Below the pieces are notes generated by a model. That model saw only the letters and a program-made list of their open reading frames with translations, was not told where the DNA came from and made no database searches. A stretch of 64,000 nucleotides of DNA. Origin: Eledone cirrhosa (lineage: Eukaryota). Positions 13,601 through 27,584 of this stretch are shown one piece after another; the first letter of the stretch is position 1, and each line of letters opens with the position of its first letter. Location: the NCBI GenBank assembly GCA_964016885.1, contig OZ024740.1, positions 410,564,001 through 410,628,000 on the forward strand, read 5' to 3'. Made by a program: the position numbers and the translations under genes.

Positions 13601-14440
13601 TCTAAGGCCCACTGAAATACCATGATGGACACGCAGTCAAATGTCCAGAGTAGCACATCAACGACTGAATCAACATTTTTGAGAACTAGATATAAATGTC
13701 CAGATGAGAGCTGATAAGGTTGCGATAGGCATACGCATTGGTCTTGCAACTTTTCTAAATTCAATCTCCACTCATTCTGTAACTTTGGTCTCCACTTATT
13801 TTCCTCTCATTTTCCTTTCCTAATCACCCTACAAGCCAATACACTCCAATCTTGATAATATATACGTTTTATCAACGCAACCTTACAATTTTCTGTTTCT
13901 CTGTAGCGGACATTGACCGCTATTTTCCGTCCTTACGAGTATTTTGTACTCAACTTCCATTTTATTATTAGCAACACTCAGTTGGTTTAACATACAGTTG
14001 GTTTAACAACTATTTCTAGCATTTGAGTTTCCCATATTTCTTTGCACTTCACACGCACACCCACACACGCACCCACACACGCACCCACACACATGCGCGC
14101 ACACACACGCATACACACACACACATACACACACACACACCCAAACACACATACACACATACACACACATGGGGGGGGGGGTTGAGCTCTTGCCGTTACA
14201 ACAGGTAGTACCGGACTGATTTATATAGAAAACGAAAAATCAGTGATGCATCTGAACTCTAATTTATTGCGTGTTACAATTGTTTCCCCGGCGGACAGCT
14301 CGAAACGCGACCATTGTGTGGATCTCTCTGATTCTGAACTGAGTTTGGATCTAGCTGTCGAAACGGCCTAAGTATCGAGTACTCTGGTGCGTTTTGGACC
14401 TGGTTATATATATATATATGGTTTTACATATATATATATA

Positions 14441-15046
14441 TGGTGGCTGCCAACTCGTTTTCGAGTACGGCCACTACTTTATATCCATGTAGGAGAACCC
14501 CTACCGATGCGCTAAACAAGTGTGACTTTTTAGTCCAGCCAGCGACTTGAAAACTCTGGTACAAACACTACACTTGTGACAATTATTGACACATAGTGCT
14601 GGGCCCATGGTACCATGTAACGACAAGTGCAGAGAGATCTCCAGATATAAAGCAATGCCTGTGCCGTGAAGCTTTTATAGTGAGTAAAGGCACTGCACAA
14701 AGCCAGTCCCACTCTGTTAACCAAGATGATATTTACCAAAAAGAAGAACAAGTCAACATCATTGGATACCATCAGAGTTGCAGGTGTTATATCAGAGTTT
14801 TCCTTCTCCTAGAATTCTGCCTTGACAAAGGCTAAGGGGTCATCTCTCCCGGTGATTTTGGATGGCCATTGACTCTTAAGAGCTCCTTTGCCCTTTGACA
14901 GGTTTTGTTTTTAGTCCCGCAGGATGTCCAAAGTCACCCTCCTCACCAAGAAACCTTGGTGGGATTGCCAGTTTAGTCGCCAACGACCCGACCATGAGAC
15001 AGGTTGTACTGGGATACATGTTACCAGTAGCACCAACTGGTGACCT

Positions 15047-15050
<4 letters not shown>
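14441..15050 (-). mobile_element. RTE-derived non-autonomous element, ~610 bp, inserted in (TA)n
   Basis: Minus-strand 5' end TGTCAGGTCACC..GGTAACATGTA. Contains CTAGGAGAAGGAAAACTCTG and shares segments with 38686-39106 and 46503-46538. Confidence 0.55.
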
Positions 15051-15129
<79 letters not shown>

Positions 15130-15147
15130 GTATCTATATATATATAT

Positions 15148-15320
15148 AACAGAGAAAGTGTGGTAAGAAACCAGGTGGACCATAATCCACCAGAGTACTC
15201 GATACTTAGGCCGTTTCGACACTTGATCCGAACTCAGTTCGGATCAAGCTGTCGAAACGGCCTAAGTATCGAGTATCGAGTATTGCGTATCGAGTATCCA
15301 GTATTGAGTATTGAGTATGG
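15148..15320. repeat. fold-back element (palindrome 15196-15275) with HHR-like GAAACGGCC, followed by 7-mer tandem repeats
   Basis: Apex GAACT-C-AGTTC at 15230-15240. A related copy is at 14328-14405, and the tail is shared with 16650-16715 and 48580-48645. Confidence 0.75.
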
Positions 15321-15744
15321 AAATGGTAGGAGCTCAACCGTTGGGGTCCTGACTCATTTCATATATATATATATAGTTGAATAAATGAACAGAGAACAAA
15401 ATACAGAGGCAATACAAATGAAATGGATTTTAGTTTCACGCTTGAGAGTGGTGGGTGTGGGACATATATATATATATATATATGATGGCTGCAAACTCTG
15501 CTAGAGTATTGCAATCATTTGTCAGATTCAGATGTGTGACGCTAGGATGGCTTTTCAAGCCTGCTAGAGACTTGCACTCCTTCGCACACCAACGACAACC
15601 ATGGATCTACCTGGCCTGATGTCTTGCATCAGGTTTCCTGTGAACCCTCACAATACCGTGGAGATATTAGTTCACTGGTTCTCTTTGAATATGGCTGTGA
15701 CTGTGGCTCCTGAGACCAGATTTGCTGAAGCAAATATATACATA

Positions 15745-16408
15745 TATTACAAAGTGAGTTTTTTTTACAAAATGAAAAAAAAAACGAGGTATCCTACACG
15801 AGTGAAAGTATAAGGAAAAAAGATGAAATCGAAAATGCAACTGGAGTCTTTTTTTAAAAAGATATATTTATTTGGTTCCTTTACCGGTTTCGCATTTCTC
15901 GTACTTTTCATAAGTAGAATTGAGATGGAAGGTTTGTGGTTTTTCTCACATCTGGTTGGTGTTCGAATGTTACTTCTGTTTTATATGGAAAAAAGTGGCT
16001 CGATATGCTAGGTTTTTAGAGAAGTAATTTGTGTGTATATATATGTATATACGTATTAGAAAGTGAGGTCTTTTTACAAAATGAAAAATAACCGAGGTGT
16101 CTTACACGAGTGAAAGTATAAGGAAAAAAGATGAAATCGAAAATGCAACTGTAGTCTTTTTGTTTTTAAATATATATATTTATTTGGTTCCTTTACCGGT
16201 TTCGCAGTTCTTCTGCATTTCAAAAGTAGAGTTGAGATGGAGGGTCTGTGGTTTTTCTCACATCTGATGGGAGAAAAACCACAGTCCCTCCATCTCAACT
16301 CTACATTTGAAAAGCAGAAGAACTGCGAAACCGGTAAAGGAACCAAATAAATATATATATTTAAAAACAAAAAGACTACAGTTGCATTTTCGATTTCATC
16401 TTTTTTCC

Positions 16409-16410
<2 letters not shown>
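15745..16410. repeat. HHR-bearing ~280-bp family: two tandem minus copies plus a fold-back plus copy
   Basis: 15745-16030(-) and 16056-16264(-), then apex CATC-T-GATG at 16261-16269 and an inverted arm to 16407. The same family occurs at 31101-31670, 33480-33650 and 35710-36030. Confidence 0.85.
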
Positions 16411-16477
<67 letters not shown>

Positions 16478-16524
16478 TGTGTGTGTGTGTGTGTGTTCAT
16501 ATATATATATATATATATTATATA

Positions 16525-16715
16525 TAGGAACAAGTAAGACCCCGACGGCTGAGCAAGCCGTTTCGACGGCTAATTCAGTACAGAATTAGCCGTCGAAACG
16601 GCTTGCTCAGCCGTCGGGGTCTTACTTGTTCCTATTACCCACTCTACTACCCTAAGTATTGAGTACTTTGGTGCGTTATGGTCCACCTGGTTCCTTACCA
16701 CATCTCCTTCGTTAT
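16525..16715. repeat. fold-back HHR element; apex is HHR stem II
   Basis: Perfect arms 16525-16576 and 16583-16634. The right arm reads ..GCCGTC-GAAAC-GGC-TTGCTCA-GCC-GTC (stem III plus GUC triplet). Same family at 48460-48645 and 63513-63937. Confidence 0.85.
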
Positions 16716-17499
16716 ATATTATATATATGTATATATATATATATATGTAAGTATGTATTTATGTGTGTGTGTATGTGTATGTGTATGTGTGTATGTCTGT
16801 GTGTGTGTATGTGTGTTTGCATGATTTTTTAATTCGCCATATGATTTCGTAATAATATTGATTTCTTCATGTAAATATCTACATAGTTCTATCAAAAGAT
16901 CTAAGAATTCTTATTTTACTGCATTTCAGATGTGTAGTAGGCTTTTAACCAGCATGTTATGTTGTATAGCTGACATTTGACAATAACGCATGAAAGTATT
17001 TGACGTCATAAACCATCATACTTGCTAGCCAGTTTAAATTACTTGAAATCGATAATAATCACTTTATTGGCAATTTTACTTTTCAAATGTACGTTCTTTA
17101 AATGATTACTGTCGGAATAAAATGCGCTGTCATTCTGTATCTCCAAAGATCATGCGTTATAACTTTTTTACGTGCTTTTGATACTGCTAAAACGCTACTT
17201 TATATTGTTGCTGAAGATCAATCAGTTTGTAGAATTTGGTTCTCGAGAGTTATAAAATTAATAGATTGTTTGTAATTAGTCCAGGATTCACTTTGATCGT
17301 CATCACCAAGGAATTGTCAATACGAGTGACGTAATGTTGTCTTTTGTTAAATTTAATTGAAATTGTTTATTTTCGTTCTCGCCCCGTTTTCATCCTTTTC
17401 TGTTCAGAGTACTAACGAGAGGTGGATTTGAAGAAAAACTAGCATATATGGAGGAACCCCACACCTCACCCCAAAAAGCGTTAGGAAGAGAAAAATGAT

Positions 17500-18100
17500 T
17501 TGTTTCATCCTAGATGAATCAATTAATATATGTTAGAATATCCTATCTCTCATTAGAGGTCACAAATACCATAAATCCTTCTCTTCAACTCTCATGATAT
17601 TAAACATAGCTACTCCTGTCCAGATGATATCGCTTCTAAAATTGCACTATACAACAAAAAAGCACAAGTCCACCACATGCACCAGCCTGTATCCACCAAA
17701 ACCCTGTAAATTGTCCGCTGGGAGATCCTGTCTCATAAATGCTGTGGTCAATAAAGCCAAATATGAACTACTAGACAGTAGCCAAATAAATTATACTGGG
17801 CATAATGCTATTAAGAGCAGCTTTACTCAGAGCACAGAATATTTTAAATGCAGAAGCAGGGAAAATCCCAACTACTTTTCCTATTTTATTTAGAGGTTCC
17901 GAGATAAATGTAGCAACATCTCATATAGCAAATGGAATACCATAGACAGGGTACCTCTTACCGTTGAAGTAGTCGCAACTGCAAACTTAACCCCTGTGAG
18001 AGTTTGTATATATTACAGCAACTTGATTTAACCTTTTGGCCTCACAAAAGAAACGAGTCGTTAACCAACATAAAACAAGTGGTTGCGGATATCCTGCAAA
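17500..18100 (+). pseudogene. highly decayed PLE linker/GIY-YIG endonuclease remnant
   Basis: CKLSAGRSCLINAVVNKAKY..INYTG resembles the CPL.G.CL...VVY...YIG pattern of the PLEs at 8.4 kb and 29.6 kb. Confidence 0.4.
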
Positions 18101-18442
18101 TATCTGCTTAATTCCACCTAGCCATGTGCATGAGCAGCCCTCACCCACGAACTGGAATATCCAATAAACACTTACATCAATTCCCAGCAACACCATATAT
18201 ACTAAAGGTGTACTTCCATTAACCTTACATAAAACTCACATCAACAGATGTGATACCAAAATGATGTAAGCATTGACCCTATAGTGATATTAGATACAAC
18301 TACTAATCAATTGATTCTGTTAAAATCTTGCTCCATCTGGCGCTGTGTTGTCATGACAGGCTGGCAAATATATCTGATGTCTCTAAATATGTTCCCAATT
18401 TCCACATTATGCATTGATTTCACTTTTCTTTTATTTGTCTAA

Positions 18443-18682
<240 letters not shown>

Positions 18683-19006
18683 TGGAAGGTATTTCCGTAG
18701 TGGTAGAGCACTCAGTCCATGGTGAACTAAGTGTTGTGTTACTACTCCTATATATATATTTGCTCAAGGGTTCTTATATATTTGATATATATTTATCCTT
18801 TTCGACCCCTCTTTGGATTTTAGTCTTCAAATTTATTGTTATTACTATATATATATATAAATGGAAAAAATGAAATTTCATTTCTCACTCTTAGTGCGGC
18901 TGATACTTAAATATAAGTATATATACGTACATACATATATGTATACAGAAGTACAGTATACATACTACTGTACTTCTGTATACATATATGTATGTACGTA
19001 TATATA

Positions 19007-19088
<82 letters not shown>

Positions 19089-19090
19089 TA

Positions 19091-19189
19091 CAGGGTGTCC
19101 CAAAAATGTATACACACTTTGGTTACCTGTACAGGCAATATTCATTAGAATGCTGTTAAAGCATGTATACATGTATTTGGGACACCATA
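19091..19189. mobile_element. ~100-bp Tc1/mariner-type MITE
   Basis: Starts TA|CAGGGTGTCCCAAAAATGTATACA and ends TGTATACATGTATTTGGGACACC, i.e. terminal inverted repeats in a TA context. Confidence 0.7.
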
Positions 19190-19479
19190 CATATATATAT
19201 ATGTATATATATATGAATGAGCTGGCATAAATAACCAAACGAAAATTACGTTCACTGTTGTAAATGATTGTAAATAAATCGTCCAACAGACTGAGTGCTC
19301 TAAACGCTTGAATACTTATACCAAGTTTATACTACAATAATCAGCTCCAGGAACTTATTCTGACTTGCAGACTACTACACAAGTGTATGATTGGCAACCC
19401 ACCTTAACTTATATCCAAGTACCTAGATGACATGAAAATGGACCTCCGAGATCTCTCAGGATAGACACCAAATTTAATG

Positions 19480-19990
19480 AACTTTTGACACGCAGGGACA
19501 TCACCATGGACTTTACAGGCTCAGCCCAGGTAACGGACCTTGTTGGATTATACTTTCTCTGCCTAATTAAACGTAGGTTACCAGAACTGAGCGGAGGTTT
19601 GTACTGCGACGACGCACTTTTTACCTTAGCTAACCACGATAACAGTGCTCTGAATAGGAAAAAGAAAGTTATCATCACATTTTTTAGTAACTGTGGTCTT
19701 AAAGTTGAATTAGGAATCAATAGGAAAATGGTCAATTTCCTCGGCATAACTCTAAAACTGGTATCTATTACCGAAACCATAAATTAAACGAAAATATTCG
19801 TTACGTTAGCTACTATTCCACCCACCCTAGGGCTGTAACGAAGGCTATAGTTAATAGTGTAGTTCAGAGCATTTCTATGCTTTCTGCGAATAAGGACATC
19901 TTCAAGTCTAGTTACTACAACGACGTTGCAGTTAGGGCTGGAGACAAAGATAAGATAGAATACATAGAAAGCGATTGAGTCAACAACACA
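19480..19990 (+). pseudogene. PLE reverse-transcriptase fragment (Nematis-like)
   Basis: DITMDFTGSAQVTDLVGLY, GGLYCDDALF and VNFLGITL. After a frameshift comes YVSYYSTHPRAVTKAIVNSVVQSISMLSANKDIF. Homologous to the RT at 9.5-10.0 kb. Confidence 0.85.
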
Positions 19991-20089
19991 TACAATAACA
20001 TTAACAAACTCATAGAATAATCACTAGCGTAGTCACACTAACTGATAATACACAGAGGTAAACACAGTAGAGATAGCACATATCGGTTT

Positions 20090-21185
20090 GTAAGGGCCAA
20101 TACCATAAAATCTTGCAGTCTTCCAACTCCAGTACTTTCTCCGGTAGGTACCATTTGTCTACCTTGTCAAATCTCCACTACTCGCACAGTTTCCAGTGAA
20201 TTACTTTGGCCATACTATCATCTCTCACCTTTCTATACGCATTTTGAGTAAGTTTCGGATACTCCGAACAATGTGTGCTACTGTTTTAACTTTACCGTCA
20301 GACAATCTACACAGAGGAGATACTTCTTCTCCATGCACTGCTTATTTGATGTTATTCATAAAAATTATTTGGTCTTGTGCTACAAATATTTTTCTCTCTG
20401 TTTCCTTTTCTCAAATACCTCTTCTTTAGCCAATACCACGCTTTTATTCCCCCACATCCTCTGTTATATTTATGAATTTCCCATGTAGTGTCTTGCCCTC
20501 ATATGTACTTTCATGTTCATTCTGTACCTCTTCTTTACTTTTGCCACCAGTGTTAATTCCAAACAAATCTGCTTCGTTCACAGCCCTCTTGACACAGAAA
20601 TATTGCTCTAACCCTTATATTTCTATTCTAACACAATCGTCTGTCACAATCAAACCTCGGCCACCATTTTCTCTTTTCATATATAGTCAGTTCACATCTG
20701 TCTTGTGGGTGATGTGCTCCATATATCGTCAGCAGCTTTCGTTTTGCAATCGAAAGCCTCTAACTCTGCCTTCATCCATCGCTACCACAAACAGCAAGGG
20801 TGACAAACTGTCTCCTTGGAATACCTGACGTCTTATATTCACATTTCCTAACATTGCCAGCGACTAGTTCAGTGTTCGCCTGTTTCACACATTCCTTAAT
20901 GAACTGTCTCATATTTATTGCCATTCCACACATTTCCATTTATTTCTCAATCCAACTGTGAGGCACCATATTATATGCCTTGCGATAATCTGTCTGTGAG
21001 ACTCCCAACGATGTTAATATAGATTTACAATTCTTCAACATCATTGTGTCGATCAGTAATTAATTCTTGGCACCTCTACTTCTTTTTCTGCATCATTTCT
21101 GCTCCCATGGCAACAAATTGTTCTCCTCCAAATGTCTGTACAATTGTTCAGTTAATACACCTGGTAATACTTTCCGTGGGGTCGA
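20090..21185 (-). pseudogene. R4/Dong-like non-LTR retrotransposon RT to zinc-knuckle fragment, decayed and internally deleted
   Basis: Minus-strand translation gives LYRHLEENNLLPWEQK, DYRKAYNMVPHSWI, FQGDSLSPLLFVVAM, LYMKRENGGRGL, LHGKF, FVAQDQ, PLCRL..KTVAHIV and AKVIHWKLC. Confidence 0.8.
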
Positions 21186-22299
21186 TTTATTCGACTTTTC
21201 CATCTCCCAAATTGCTGGCCTTGTGCCTAAACCAGAAACCATTATTATTATCATTATTGATGAGCAGTGACTCACAATGTTTACTTCTGTTAAGGTTTGC
21301 TATGATAATTGATGTATTTTTCTGTTTACATCAGGCATCTTTTCAGTTAATCAATTCCGCCATGTTCCGGAACTGATCCAAGGCACATTACATTTTTTTC
21401 CTTTTACTCTTCAATGCATAAAGTTTAACTCTACAGCTACTTTCAATAAATTACAACCAATAAACACGGAAAACATTAAATTCAACTGCGTAAGCGAAAT
21501 GAGAGGATTAAACAAGTATAAAACACAAATACGTAGCTTGTATGAGATTGATAAAATTCGACACTTAGAAATAAAGTAGAAAAACTAAAAAGGTCGGTCG
21601 AGTATCAAAAACTAAACCCAGTCCCAGAAATACGATAATTGATATAAATTCACTAGCAATCTCTGGTATAGATTACAATGTCAACATAATAAACTAGAAG
21701 TTAAATGACTTTAGAATCTTTAGCAGTGAAAGAAACTATCAATACAATTCCTATGTTACCGGACCACATCTGATATAAACAGAATATACACATTACATAC
21801 ACATTACATACACAAAGAAGACCAATGAGTCCAGAATCTGATTCAAATTGTATGCTATTAGAAAATAACAATAATGGGACTAGAAGAATTCTTAAGTAGA
21901 GGAAAATAGAATCTGATTAGTGTTATGAGGAATCATGAAGAAAACAAACATAAAACAAACAAACAATAAATTACAAACTGAAACTAACGAGACTGAATAA
22001 AATGGTTTAGATGAGAATAAAAAGTACAAAAAAAAAAAAAGAAAAAAAACAACTCAAATTGAAATTACGAAAAAGAAAGAATCGAAAGAAAACTCTGACC
22101 ATGCTTAATACGCAGCAAAAATCGCTAGCCTGATTGAAAGTAAATAATGACTTAAACATTCGGGACAGTACAAAGAAACAAACAGTGTGATGCTAGCTAC
22201 ATTAAAGCTAAGATTAGCCACAAATATTTACTATAGAAAATAATGAAAAATATGCTAATATCAAGAGCATATACTACAATCTATACAATCATCCATTTA

Positions 22300-22620
22300 C
22301 CACCTTATTTCCGGCTGTCCAAGCAATTCTCTTTTTGAGACAAATGTAAATAAACTTTCTTCGAGCCCGATACTGAATACATTCTTACCTATAAATGTTC
22401 TAACGTTCCAGTTGCCAATAACGAGCTGCAAGTCCACCGGCTTGTCCTGTTTAATTGTTGCTTCTCTCACCACCTCCAACCCCCTCAAGTTGATGTTAAT
22501 CACTTCATTGTACTTCGTTTCCGATACCATTATAGTGACGTTGTGGACGCATGCTGACACGTTACAGCAGGATGCCCCTCAATGTCGTCACTAATTTGTG
22601 TGGTAGTGGCTCTAGTGTCA
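22300..22620 (-). pseudogene. possible LINE (RTE-like) AP-endonuclease N-terminus remnant
   Basis: LQLVIGNWNVRTF resembles the I.TWNVRTL start of APE domains. No other motifs are preserved. Confidence 0.35.
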
Positions 22621-23114
22621 TTACATACAACAGACAAGAGTGGACAACCTTGGTAGACTGAGCGCATACTAGGTGACCGTGTACTCTAACCACAGGGAAG
22701 ATGTCCCAGTGCATTGCAGGGATACATCACCCGAAAACGAGTCCAAAACTGATTGCATTGAAGACCGTTGCCTGGTACCGATGATAGACCCTATCAGAAG
22801 CCTTTCCTAGTCACGCCCTATGATGTACCGAATGAGATGGAGGTAATCGTGGATGGATCTGTTCAAAATGGTGGCGCATGTCTGCGCCTTTTCTACCAGA
22901 CCAGCCATTGCTCCTCGGCTCACAGAACTTAGAATTCTCCTATTTTGATGGCAGTTGTGATATTTGGTTGCAGGGCCCATCGAACTACTTGCGTACCCTC
23001 GTGTCTAAGAGTACGCGCCATAGCTCTGACAACGCAGCCTACGTGATTTCACGTTGAAGAACTGGTCGAGAGGCAATCTGGCTGAATGACTTTACTAAAG
23101 CCAATAAAACTATA

Positions 23115-23323
23115 ATAATGTTTACTGATTTAGACACAAGGCCAGCAATTTTGGGGGAGGGGAACTCGATTAAATCGACCCCAGTGCATTACTGGTGCTT
23201 TATTTTATCGACCCTGTAAGGATGAAAGGCAAAGTAAACCTCGGTGGGATTTGAACTCAAAACGCAAAGGACCGTAACTCAATGTGACAAAGCAGGATAT
23301 CCGACGCTCTACCGATACTGCCA
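23115..23323 (-). mobile_element. octopod-type SINE
   Basis: GACACAAGGCCAGCAATTTTGGGGGAGGGG..TCGACCCCAGTGCATTACTGG..ATCGACCCTGTAAGGATGAAAGGCAAAGT..GGATTTGAACTC; minus-strand GAGTTCAAATCC is a B-box-like motif. Confidence 0.8.
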
Positions 23324-23624
23324 ATAATAATAATAACAATAATGATAATAATAGTAATAGTAATAATAACAATAAAGGATAATAATAATAATAGCATAAG
23401 CAAAAAAATACATACTTCAAAAATAAAACCAGTTAATTAATATTGATCGATAACTAGCCATTATATCGAACATATGTGTACATTTCTGTAATGGGATTAA
23501 CAAATATGCCGAATGAAAGGATCGTGATACAATGGAAGTATTACTAAAAAGTAAATTGTAAAATGCCTTGTAGTGCTGGGATATCCCTATTACTACAAGT
23601 CAATGCTGACCCCTCCCGATTACG

Positions 23625-23800
23625 AATCGGTAGCGCGTCAGACACCATGCTTTGCAGCATAGGGTTATAGCCCTTTACGTTCTGAGTTCAAATACCGCCA
23701 AGGTTAATTTTGCCTTCTATCCTTACGGAGTTGATAATATAAAGCACCAGTAATGTACCGGGTAATTGCTGGCCTTGTGCCAAAATAAGAAGCAATTATT
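23625..23800 (+). mobile_element. octopod-type SINE
   Basis: TTCTGAGTTCAAATACCGCC..TTTGCCTTCTATCC..GCTGGCCTTGTGCCAAAAT; reverse complement of the 38.1-kb copy. Confidence 0.75.
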
Positions 23801-25649
23801 TCATAACGTATCACATGCCTATATTATTTAACGAATGTGACTATGATCCAGGGGCCTCTAAATGTTAGTTTCGTGTTGCACCTCCCCATGTCTTCGTGTA
23901 TAAACCTGTGAATGGAAGTTTCCTGTAGTGTTTCTGTTTGTTTCTTCGTTTAAACTTCGCCCCCGATAGTTAGGCAGTGGAAAGTATGTACTTTATTCTT
24001 TTCTATGCTTAAAATCCTAGTCCAAAGGTCAGATAACGCTTCTTCAATTTGATACTCAATGGCATAGAAATCACCCCATTTCCATTTGTAAGAACAAGGA
24101 TAAATCTGTTTTCTCCGAGTCTGATTCTGGATAAGTTTTCGAACAAGACGATACATGTTGGGTTTATACTGTCAACATAATCGTTGACCGGAAAACAGCT
24201 TTTCCCTTTATCCCAGATACTATGATACATGTCCGTTCTTATTAAGCTCATTATTTGCAATATAATCCAATGGCAAAACTTGGTAAAAACGCAATCTCAC
24301 TGAAGCTACCTAAAGTAGCACCGTCACTAGTCAATAAAACAGAAACAATCCCTATCATATGTTCTTGAAATGATAAAAACACACATACACAACAACAAAA
24401 AATCCTAAGGATTACAAATATATATCCAACAGACAGAAAATCGCACAGATGGCCGCGCACACATATGACGAAAGGACTTTAAATGTAATAGAAATACAAC
24501 ACCAAAGACAACACTACAGGTACCCAAGGTACACAGAGCCGTGCTTGAAAGCTCGGTGATAGCACGCAACGATAATAATAATAATAATAATAATATTGAT
24601 AATAGTAATAAAAATAATAATAATAATAGTATAAGCAACACATTTGTACGTCATCAATAAAGCCCATTAATTAATATTGATCGATAAAATTCCCTTTATC
24701 TTGAACATATTTACACTTCTGTAATGAGATTAACAAGTCTGAATACTGAATGAAAGGATCGTGATATAATGAAAGTACTACTTAAAATTAAAATGCTCCA
24801 ACACAAGGATAATATTCGATTAGGTTACAGAAGCACATTATCCAATTAACACTAACAGAGACAGTTCTACTTTATATGGATGGTCTGTCAATAAATATAT
24901 TTCATTTGATTTTCTCATTATCAGTTGTTACAAGAAAATCTGTGAAGGTATAGGTGTGGCCAGTAAAGAAAAACCCAGTTTTCTGATTACAATTTCTGAT
25001 TCATAAATATACGTTTCACAAGCTAACGAGCAAAGATTTGCATGATTCATCACTAGATATGCTAGAAAAAGTAGCCACTTTATCCTTGAAAAACATCACA
25101 TTGTTTTGAAAATAAGGAAAGTAGAACAATTTCATATAAAAAGTGTGGTAAACTTTGACAAAAAAAATCCCTCATTATATCTCCTTCATAGTGAGGGTAA
25201 GCAGATAATAGTTTGCTGTTAAATCATGCCTGGAGACGGCTTTCGAATAAAGATAGGTTGCTTTATCTATTTTACCATATAATTTAGATCAAATGAGACA
25301 AGTTTATCGCCATAAAAATGAAATTACCACGTGCCAATGGAAAGAATATTCAACAAAATCTTAACTCTGATAATAGGTCAAACATCAATCTGTATTTATA
25401 GCAATTGACAGACAAAAACATTACATGTCTAAGGGTGCAATTAATTATGGTGTTATGGCTGAATTACGAAGGTTTATTTCGTTGCTTCAAAGAGTTCTTT
25501 GATTTCCCTTGCGTTTGTTTCGACAGCAAAGAAGACAAGACATATAAGTTTAACATTTCTGTATAGTGACGCCGATACTCATACACACAGACACACAGAC
25601 ACACAGACACAACACATATACACAATTCAAATACACACACACACACGGA

Positions 25650-25695
<46 letters not shown>

Positions 25696-25816
25696 TTGAA
25701 AACAATGAAAACGAAATTTCATTTCTCACTCTTAGTATGGCACTTACTTAAATGTAAGTATGTATGTATACGTACATACATATATGTATACAGACGTACA
25801 GTAGCATGCATATATG

Positions 25817-25848
<32 letters not shown>

Positions 25849-26018
25849 TACACATATATGCACACAGGTACACATACATATATGCACGCATCAGTTTAGC
25901 CGACGTTTATTATAACGCAGCTTTGTTCGTTTGTTTGTCAACAAACAGAACAGCCTGAATTTATGCCATACGGTGTTAAGGCAACCACGTCACTTTTTTG
26001 TTCAACACTGACACAGGA

Positions 26019-26061
26019 ACGATGTACTAATTTCAAGCTTGTTAGCTATCATCAGCACCGT
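26019..26061 (-). ncRNA. minimal type-I hammerhead ribozyme (array copy 1)
   Basis: ACGGTG-CTGATGA-TAGCTAACAAGCTT-GAAAT-TA-GTA-CATCGT on the minus strand. Confidence 0.7.
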
Positions 26062-26300
26062 TTACCCATCTGCCAGATAGTTGAACGTTCGAAAGTATAT
26101 ACTTTCCTTATGAAAATTAACGGCTGAGCAGCCTACTTTGCATATTGAGTGAGTTAAATCGGTCAGGCATACCGAAAACGATAAGTTGAAAAAAATGAAA
26201 ACGAAATTTCATTTCTCACTCTTAGTATGGCACTTACTTAAATGTAAGTATGTATGTATACGTACATACATATATGTATACAGACGTACAGTAGCATGCA

Positions 26301-26400
<100 letters not shown>

Positions 26401-26635
26401 TACACATATATGCACACAGGTACACATACATATATGCACGCATCAGTTTAGCCGACGTTTATTATAACGCAGCTTGAGTGAGAAATGAAATTTCGTTTTC
26501 ATTTTTTTCAACTTATCGTTTTCGGTATGCCTGACCGATTTAACTCACTCAATATGCAAATTAGGCTGCTCAGCCGTTAATTTTCATAAGGAAAGTATAT
26601 ACTTTCGAACGTTCAACTATCTGGCAGATGGGTAA

Positions 26636-26678
26636 ACGGTGCTGATGATAGCGAACAAGCTTGAAACTAGTACATCGT
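26636..26678 (+). ncRNA. minimal type-I hammerhead ribozyme (array copy 2)
   Basis: Stem I ACGGTG/CATCGT, canonical CTGATGA, stem II AGC..GCT, GAAAC-TA-GTA. Confidence 0.78.
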
Positions 26679-26848
26679 TCCTGTGTCAGTGTTGAACAAA
26701 AAGTTGACGTGGTTGCCTTAACACCGTATGGCATAAATTCAGGCTGTTCTGTTGGTTGACAAACAAACGAACAAAGCTGCGTTATAATAAACGTCGGCTA
26801 AACTGATGCGTGCATATATGTATGTGTACCTGTGTGCATATATGTATA

Positions 26849-26909
<61 letters not shown>

Positions 26910-27155
26910 ACATATATGCATGCTACTGTACGTCTGTATACATATATGTATGTACGTATACATACATACTTACATTTAAGTAAGTGCCATACTAAGAGTG
27001 AGAAATGAAATTTCGTTTTCATTTTTTTCAACTTATCGTTTTCGGTATGCCTGACCGATTTAACTCACTCAATATGCAAATTAGGCTGCTCAGCCGTTAA
27101 TTTTCATAAGGAAAGTATATACTTTCGAACGTTCAACTATCTGGCAGATGGGTAA

Positions 27156-27198
27156 ACGGTGCTGATGATAGCTAACAAGCTTGAAACTAGTACATCGT
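27156..27198 (+). ncRNA. minimal type-I hammerhead ribozyme (array copy 3)
   Basis: Same motif exactly 520 bp downstream of copy 2. Confidence 0.78.
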
Positions 27199-27368
27199 TC
27201 CTGTGTCAGTGTTGAATAAAAAAGTGACGTGGTTGCCTTAACACCGTATGGCATAAATTCAGGCTGTTCTGTTTGTTGACAAACAAACGAACAAAGCTGC
27301 GTTATAATAAACGTCGGCTAAACTGATGCGTGCATATATGTATGTGTACCTGTGTGCATATATGTGTA

Positions 27369-27424
<56 letters not shown>

Positions 27425-27478
27425 TGCATGCTACTGTACGTCTGTATACATATATGTATGTACGTATACATACATACT

Positions 27479-27552
<74 letters not shown>

Positions 27553-27584
27553 ATATAACGACGATGATATACGTATATATGGAG

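Noticed and set aside
15745-16410. Fold-backs as TA-targeting MITEs
   Set aside because: The same families also occur as single, non-palindromic or tandem copies with variable apexes and asymmetric tails, and they carry HHR motifs. This fits retroelements, not TIR transposons.
23950-24460. Short minus-strand ORFs with protein-like composition
   Set aside because: No recognisable domain, and the overlapping frames contain stops. They cannot be supported as CDS.
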